Shown: positions 27,436 through 32,000 of the stretch, piece after piece
Position numbering within the stretch: the stretch's first letter is position 1
Layout of the letters: each line of letters begins with the position of its first letter
Assembly (NCBI RefSeq): GCF_000008665.1
Contig: NC_000917.1
Location: forward strand, 1,260,001 to 1,292,000
Length of the DNA stretch: 32,000 bases
Reading direction: 5' to 3'
From: Archaeoglobus fulgidus DSM 4304
GTDB taxonomy: Archaea; Halobacteriota; Archaeoglobi; Archaeoglobales; Archaeoglobaceae
Notes under the pieces: model-generated
Seen by the model: only the letters and a program-made list of their open reading frames with translations
Told to the model about the DNA's origin: nothing
Database searches by the model: none
Translations under genes and position numbers: made by a program

Positions 27436-28176
27436 TTACTCTTTGGCCAGATAGTTGTACAGCCATGCCGCAGCTACAGCACCAACAATCGGCCCGATGA
27501 CGTAAATCGGGAAGTACTGCCAGAGGTTTATCCCCATCAGCGAGTCTCCAAGGTATGGCCCGAAGGTTCTCGCGGGGTTGAGCGATGAGCCCGTAATGTT
27601 ACCGATGGTCGTGATGATTCCTCCAACCGTCAGACCTATGACAAGCCCGGCAAATCCCGGAGGGGCGCGCTCGTCAACCGCAACTCCCATTATAACCAGC
27701 ATCAGCAGGAAAGTTCCGATAGCTTCCGTCAGTATCGCCTGTCCGTAGCCTATTCCCGGAAATGGTGCAGTCGCTCCCAGGCCTCCAACCGTTGCTGCTG
27801 CAGGCCCCACACAGGCGAGGAACAGCAGGCTTCCAAGTGCTGCACCAATAAACTGTGCCACTATGTATGGAACCACCTCTCTCCCCGGAAACCTCCCGAT
27901 GCTCCACAGAGCTATCGTCACTGCCGGATTGATGTGAGCACCGCTGATTCTTCCGAGAGAGTAGATGACTGCTGCAATCGCCAGAGCGAAGGCCATTCCT
28001 ATGGCGAACCAGTCTCCAAGACCGCCGAGAGCTCCAATGCCGATGTTGAACTCGTTGGGCTTATCTGCCCCATTTGCAATCATCAGCGTAATTACTGCCG
28101 CACCAGGGCCAAAGAAGACAAGGATAAAGGTTCCAACAACCTCAGCGGTAAAGCGCTTGGCAAGAGTCATAGTCAC
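27436..28176 (-). CDS. aqpM: Aquaporin AqpM (MIP family), 246 aa
   Basis: It has two NPA boxes (SGAHINPAVT and GSSLNPARTFGP) and six hydrophobic helices. The sequence agrees with my memory of the A. fulgidus AqpM. The GTG at 28176 overlaps the upstream stop (GTGA); an alternative ATG at 28170 is preceded by GGAGGAG. Confidence 0.95.
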   Translation of the reverse strand: MTMTLAKRFTAEVVGTFILVFFGPGAAVITLMIANGADKPNEFNIGIGALGGLGDWFAIGMAFALAIAAVIYSLGRISGAHINPAVTIALWSIGRFPGREVVPYIVAQFIGAALGSLLFLACVGPAAATVGGLGATAPFPGIGYGQAILTEAIGTFLLMLVIMGVAVDERAPPGFAGLVIGLTVGGIITTIGNITGSSLNPARTFGPYLGDSLMGINLWQYFPIYVIGPIVGAVAAAWLYNYLAKE

Positions 28177-28382
28177 TCCTCCTGGTAAGCTTCATGGCAG
28201 ATAACACACAGAATTCTCGGCACGGTCTTCTTCATCTTCCTTGCGGGGAAGGGATAGTCTCCCTTCCAGAGAGGAACCTCTTCTCTCACAAGATGCTCCA
28301 TGCAGACTCCCATCCCGCAGACTATGCAGATGGCAACGGCATCAGTATCCTTACCCTGCTCCTTGCAGATGTAGCACTTCAT
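28173..28382 (-). CDS. Small Cys-rich zinc-finger protein (B-box-like; I recall this family as DUF2180), 69-72 aa
   Basis: The sequence is MKCYICKEQGKDTDAVAICIVCGMGVCMEHL...RILCVICHEAY, i.e. CxxC-x11-CxxC-x4-CxxH and a terminal CxxCH. The AGGTGA Shine-Dalgarno spacing favours the ATG at 28382 over the track GTG at 28391 or the ATG at 28388. Confidence 0.6.
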   Translation of the reverse strand: MKCYICKEQGKDTDAVAICIVCGMGVCMEHLVREEVPLWKGDYPFPARKMKKTVPRILCVICHEAYQEE

Positions 28383-28393
28383 TTTCATCACCT

Positions 28394-28407
28394 AAAAATA
28401 AAAAAAA
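28394..28407 (-). terminator. T8-A-T5 run between the 500-aa gene and the zinc-finger gene (possible internal terminator/attenuator)
   Basis: The minus strand reads TTTTTTTTATTTTT within the 20-nt spacer, directly followed by the AGGTGA Shine-Dalgarno. Confidence 0.3.
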
Positions 28408-28411
28408 TAGA

Positions 28412-29914
28412 TTAAACTGCCTCTTTCCACTGGCAGTACGCATGTCTGAAGTCAACAAGCGCTGCTGTTGCGCAGTCCTTGCAGACCCTTGCGGGTGATG
28501 CTGGACTCTCCTTGTGCAGAGCTATGATGTTGGTCATCATCGTCGCAGTGACGGGCTCGCTCGTCAGCAGACACGGGTAGTCTGCGAGCCTCATCAGGGC
28601 GGAGAACCTCACGCTTATTGCGCATCCCGGATAAGCATAGCGCTGCGGGTTCATGAGCACTTCGTTCTCGTGTATCGGGTCGAGGTTAACCTCGAATCCG
28701 CCAACCTTCGGAACAAGCTTCGTTTCAACACCATTTCTGTCCCTTCTCGCCTTATCGAGATACTTCCATCCTCTGTAAATCATGTCCATGAAGTCGTGGT
28801 TGTGAAGCTCTGCAGCACCACCCCTCGTCGGGTAAAGCTGGACGTAGTTGTGGAACCTCTTAGTCAGCAAATCAACAATCATGGGTGCGTTGAACCCATC
28901 AAGCTCAAGGATGTACTCTACCGCTACCGCTCCCGCACCCGTAGCGACGCTGAGGGGCTGGTATTCGCTCTTGAACTTGTCAAGGTTTGCATTCAGCGTT
29001 GAGTCCATCACCGCGCTCGTTGCCTCGATGACTGCCATAACAACGTCGTCCTTGCACATGTTGAAGGTTGATTGGGCAATGTGGTGGGCTGCATCTCCTA
29101 CACAGTATGCTGGCACGGTTACAATGTTCCCGTAGTGCACGCCGTCATCCATTGCCTCCTTTACCGCCCCCTTCATTCTGCTCTTGTACTCAGACATGTA
29201 CTTTCTCACGTCAAAGCTCTGGTGGCCGTGCTCGTCCATAAGCTTGGCCTGTGCCTCAGTTGGCTGGTCGTATACGAGCTTTATCATCTCAATTTCCTTC
29301 TTAATGGCATCGCTCAGCGTTGCACCGTTTTCAATCTCCTTCGCAAACACCTCACCAAAGCCGTAGGAAGTGTTCATGCCCCATGATTTTGAGGCAAGAA
29401 TTGCCTGAGCGTGCTCCTTGGGAATGTCAACCGTCTTCAAAATCCTGTTCACGATGTTGCTCGTGCTTCCCGGAATAAGGGCAAAGTCAACAACACAAGT
29501 CGGGCCGTAAAAGCCTCCGTATCTCCTAACCACCTCAAGACCAATCAGAGCCTCGGCTTTCTCAATTCCCTCGATGAACTTTTCAACGCTCTTCCTAAAG
29601 CTCTCGTCCTCCTCATACAGAATCTCCATGATGGCTGGGGTCTGGTAGTGCTCCACGAAGGGGTCGTCCTCTGGCCTTACTGTCTTCGTGAGACTCCTAA
29701 GAATTTCGTAGTGCGCGTTTACGCTGTCAACATGCAGCCTTATAACTGCCTTGCTTTGATTTCCAACTGCCTTCATCTGGTTTACTGCATCTACGTAGGG
29801 CTTCACGTCGTCTATGACGAACTCTTTTCCTCTCTTCTCCTTAATCACATTCACATCCGCCCACTGGGCGGCCATGGCTTCCTTAACCATTTTCTCAATT
29901 ACTTCCTCTGCCAT
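28412..29914 (-). CDS. Conserved uncharacterised ~500-aa protein (I recall this family as DUF2193), cytoplasmic
   Basis: It is a long clean ORF with no signal peptide or transmembrane helix. Distinctive blocks are GGFYGPTCVVDFALIPGSTSN, SWGMNTSYGFG, VPAYCVGDAAHHIAQSTFNMC, YPTRGGAAELHNHDFMD and a C-terminal CKDCATAALVDFRHAYCQW. I recognise no catalytic family. Confidence 0.7.
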   Translation of the reverse strand: MAEEVIEKMVKEAMAAQWADVNVIKEKRGKEFVIDDVKPYVDAVNQMKAVGNQSKAVIRLHVDSVNAHYEILRSLTKTVRPEDDPFVEHYQTPAIMEILYEEDESFRKSVEKFIEGIEKAEALIGLEVVRRYGGFYGPTCVVDFALIPGSTSNIVNRILKTVDIPKEHAQAILASKSWGMNTSYGFGEVFAKEIENGATLSDAIKKEIEMIKLVYDQPTEAQAKLMDEHGHQSFDVRKYMSEYKSRMKGAVKEAMDDGVHYGNIVTVPAYCVGDAAHHIAQSTFNMCKDDVVMAVIEATSAVMDSTLNANLDKFKSEYQPLSVATGAGAVAVEYILELDGFNAPMIVDLLTKRFHNYVQLYPTRGGAAELHNHDFMDMIYRGWKYLDKARRDRNGVETKLVPKVGGFEVNLDPIHENEVLMNPQRYAYPGCAISVRFSALMRLADYPCLLTSEPVTATMMTNIIALHKESPASPARVCKDCATAALVDFRHAYCQWKEAV

Positions 29915-29953
29915 GAGGTATAATTGTCATAATCGACCATCACTGTTTTGGCG

Positions 29954-30030
29954 TACATGTAAGCCCGGCGGGATGGACATCTCCAAAGAATTGAACGACA
30001 AATGGTAGGGTAAAAATCGCGGACATGTCC
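29954..30030. promoter_or_regulatory. Three related palindromic sites (TACATGTA, TGGACATCTCCA, GGACATGTCC) upstream of the 500-aa gene; candidate operators
   Basis: I read them directly at 29954-29961, 29974-29985 and 30021-30030. They share an ACAT(G/C)T core and lie in the 143-bp spacer between the HTH_10 regulator gene and the 500-aa gene. Confidence 0.4.
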
Positions 30031-30057
30031 ACCGGGTCATAATTAAATCATTATCAT

Positions 30058-30711
30058 TTAAAACAATTCTACCGACTTTTCGAGCTCCTTTTCCTGAATG
30101 TACCTCTCTACGAGCTTTGAAATCGCAATTTTAAGGTGCTTGTGTGCAGTGCTCTTCGCAACTCCCAGAGCCATCGCGATGTCGTTAATTGTCACATCCC
30201 TTTTTTCCGAGAAGTATCCGAGGTCGTAGGCGATTTTTAAAGCCCTCCTCTGCGCCTCTGTTAGGCCTGCTTTCCTCTCTCCTATGCTTTTTATCTCGAT
30301 CACCTTCCAGTTTCCAACCTTGTTCAGGTTCTCGTACGCCTTCGGAAGGTAGCTCGTGCTCGGAACTATGATTTCGTAAATCTTGCTTCCGTCTTCAACG
30401 AGTATCGGAGTTTTTATAAAGCAGTATGAGCTCTCAAAAGCTTTAATACCTGTTGTATCGCTTACAACTGCGATAAAGCTCGCCTCTATTGGGGTCTTCT
30501 CAAGAATCTGAACAAACTTCGTGTTCGGATGTCTCTCAACCTCCTTTATGTAGTCTGTAACATTTTCGGCGTCAACAACTTTAACCAGAAAGAGAGCATC
30601 CTCGTCATTCAGGAGTATGTAAGAGATTATTTCAGCCCGTACCGGGCACCTTTTGGTTGCGACAGCAAGGGAGCACCGATGCTGGTCCACCCTGACTTTG
30701 AGAAGATACAT
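30058..30711 (-). CDS. HTH_10 (Bat-type, COG3413-like) archaeal DNA-binding transcription regulator, 217 aa
   Basis: The C-terminal motif LTEAQRRALKIAYDLGYFSEKRDVTINDIAMALGVAKSTAHKHLKIAISKLV is the classical HTH_10 signature. The ~150-aa N-terminal domain is probably a sensor or dimerisation domain. Confidence 0.75.
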   Translation of the reverse strand: MYLLKVRVDQHRCSLAVATKRCPVRAEIISYILLNDEDALFLVKVVDAENVTDYIKEVERHPNTKFVQILEKTPIEASFIAVVSDTTGIKAFESSYCFIKTPILVEDGSKIYEIIVPSTSYLPKAYENLNKVGNWKVIEIKSIGERKAGLTEAQRRALKIAYDLGYFSEKRDVTINDIAMALGVAKSTAHKHLKIAISKLVERYIQEKELEKSVELF

Positions 30712-30784
30712 ATATATCGTGATTTTTTCTGCTCATAAACCTTTCTCCAATAAAGTTTAAATAACGCTAAACGCTGCATGAAAC

Positions 30785-30934
30785 ATGGCACGATTCCCGG
30801 AGGCGGAAGCAAGGCTTTTCAACGTGAAAATCTGCATGAGATGCAACGCTCGGAACCCAATGAAGGCCAGGGTTTGCAGGAAGTGCGGCTACAAGGGACT
30901 GAGGCCGAAATCCAAGGAGAGGAAAGGAAGGTAA
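30785..30934 (+). CDS. rpl40e: 50S ribosomal protein eL40 (L40e), 49 aa
   Basis: It is not in the ORF track because it is shorter than 60 aa. The manual translation is [49 protein letters not shown], with a CxxC...CxxC zinc ribbon and a basic tail characteristic of eL40. An AAAGTTTAAATAA TATA-like box lies ~25 nt upstream. Confidence 0.9.
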   Translation: MARFPEAEARLFNVKICMRCNARNPMKARVCRKCGYKGLRPKSKERKGR

Positions 30935-31414
30935 TTAACTTTCAAATTTTCTTAAGAACCTCGTCATGTTCTTCCAGTGTCCCCCCATCCAGTAGAGCTT
31001 TCTGCACTTCTCGCAGTACCAGAGTTCAAATTCGAGCATGTCTTCGGACAGCTTTTCCCTCTCAATGACCTCCATTGCCTCCTCCCTGCTCGGCTTTCTC
31101 AGCGGAGTGTTGCAGAGGCTGCACCTGTCCATGACAATCTGGAACTTCACACCTCTCTCCATCAGCTCCCTCATCTGCCCCTCTAAGGAGTCAGACCTTA
31201 TCAGAATGGCTTTTCTCCCCTCCTTAACGCTTTTTCTGTAGAGCTCCCTATCCTTGGTGAGCAGAATCCTATCCCTCAAGTTCCTCAGCATGAACTCATC
31301 TTCCTCTTCATCAAATTCAAGCTCGGAAACGCTTACAGTATCGTAGCCTGAGATTCTCAGCCACCGCGTCAGCCTTCCGAGCATTCTGTCGGTCAGAAAC
31401 TTCATCTCCACCAT
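30935..31414 (-). CDS. Mut7-C-type (PIN-like) RNase domain protein with C-terminal zinc ribbon, 156-159 aa
   Basis: KFLTDRMLGRLTRWLRISGYDT is the Mut7-C/DUF82 N-terminal signature. The zinc ribbon is CSLCN...YCEKCRKLYWMGGHW. The ATG at 31405 forms an ATGA overlap with the upstream HD gene stop and follows GGTGGAG, so the true start is probably 31405. Confidence 0.75.
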   Translation of the reverse strand: MVEMKFLTDRMLGRLTRWLRISGYDTVSVSELEFDEEEDEFMLRNLRDRILLTKDRELYRKSVKEGRKAILIRSDSLEGQMRELMERGVKFQIVMDRCSLCNTPLRKPSREEAMEVIEREKLSEDMLEFELWYCEKCRKLYWMGGHWKNMTRFLRKFES

Positions 31415-31929
31415 ACCGGATTTTTCCTCTCCATGAGCACTCTGTAAATCTCCTTCGCTGCATCAGTTTTGAGCTCCACGTTCTCGGCAAACCTTATCGC
31501 GTAGCTTACCTGCTGCGAGTACTCTACTCCCTGAAACGCAAGCTCAAGCTTGTCCGCATCGCTAACGTAAACTTCAACGTCCGAAAAATCGGGCTTGGAT
31601 TCCATCCAGGAGAGCTGCTCCTCCCTTGCTCCTTCTTCATCGCAGCTAACGTATCGCCGGGCTATTTTGTGCAAGTCCATCGTCCTCGCCTCGTGCAGGT
31701 CGTGGAAAAGGGCGGCGGTTGCTGCCTTGCAGGCCTTCTCGACGCTCTCACCGCTTTTTAATGCGAGGATGAAGGCTATGATTGCCGCTCTGAAGCTGTG
31801 CTCCGCGACGCTTTCCGGCAGCCTTATACCGAGCTTCAGCCAGCCCGATCTCGGAGTCAGCTTGAGCGAACCAACCTCGTGAATGAACTTAACGACGTCA
31901 TCCATAGGCTTAATAATGCACATTGCCAA
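31402..31929 (-). CDS. HD-domain hydrolase, YfbR/HDDC2-like 5'-deoxynucleotidase family, 175 aa
   Basis: Motifs are RSGWLKLGI..PESVAEHSFRAAIIAFILA and LFHDLHEARTMDL (H...HD...D metal ligands). Confidence 0.75.
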   Translation of the reverse strand: MAMCIIKPMDDVVKFIHEVGSLKLTPRSGWLKLGIRLPESVAEHSFRAAIIAFILALKSGESVEKACKAATAALFHDLHEARTMDLHKIARRYVSCDEEGAREEQLSWMESKPDFSDVEVYVSDADKLELAFQGVEYSQQVSYAIRFAENVELKTDAAKEIYRVLMERKNPVWWR

Positions 31930-31937
31930 TAAGCTTT

Positions 31938-32000
31938 ATGAAAAAGTGGAGGTTTCTTGGCATCGATGACAGCTTTGACGACAGAAAATGCTGCGTTGTA
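31938..32000 (+). CDS. Start of a UPF0215/DUF99 (EndoV-like) protein; only 21 codons are in the window
   Basis: MKKWRFLGIDDSFDDRKCCVV resembles the conserved (R/K)xLGIDDSF N-terminus of archaeal UPF0215 proteins. It is divergent from the HD gene. Confidence 0.5.
   Translation, partial: MKKWRFLGIDDSFDDRKCCVV

Noticed and set aside
29965-29973. CCCGGCGGG as a hairpin terminator for the regulator gene
   Set aside because: It is a 4-bp stem with a 1-nt loop, which is sterically impossible, and it is not followed by a T-run.
30778-31068. 96-aa plus-strand ORF
   Set aside because: It is in the wrong frame. The region is explained by eL40 (30785-30934, a different frame) and by the convergent Mut7-C gene on the minus strand.

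Overview
This is a compact euryarchaeal chromosome segment that looks like Archaeoglobus fulgidus. The gene order UPF0182 protein / Asp racemase / HD hydrolase / PheT / ApgM / AqpM matches my memory of the AF_1421-AF_1426 neighbourhood, but that is recollection, not a search. I call 26 protein genes, one tRNA-Gly(GCC) and one ~965-bp insertion sequence. Two of the genes are cut by the window edges; one of those (the methyltransferase) and the small ribosomal protein eL40 are missing from the supplied ORF track. Layout: (a) 1-2.7 kb holds the 5' part of a DNA methyltransferase, an IS with an rve/DDE transposase and ~40-bp imperfect inverted repeats, and tRNA-Gly. (b) 2.8-12.6 kb holds a four-gene secreted/cell-surface module with no assignable function. 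It is dominated by a ~2,420-aa multi-beta-helix protein that is translationally coupled to a PGF-CTERM-anchored beta-helix protein, followed by a secreted coiled-coil protein and a small lipobox protein. (c) 12.7-27.4 kb holds mostly housekeeping genes: a pterin-binding DHPS-like protein, a ClC/CBS channel, prs-ribL-aminotransferase-ribC, stomatin, UPF0182, Asp racemase, an HD hydrolase, pheT and apgM. (d) 27.4-30.7 kb holds a second uncharacterised unit: an HTH_10 regulator, a 500-aa conserved protein, a 69-72-aa Cys-rich zinc-finger protein and aquaporin AqpM. These genes are tightly linked, and GGACATGTCC-type palindromes lie upstream. (e) 30.8-32 kb holds eL40, a Mut7-C RNase-like gene, an HD hydrolase and the start of a UPF0215/DUF99 gene. 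I saw no CRISPR array, rRNA or prophage. All product calls rest on motif recognition by eye and manual translation; no database search was possible.
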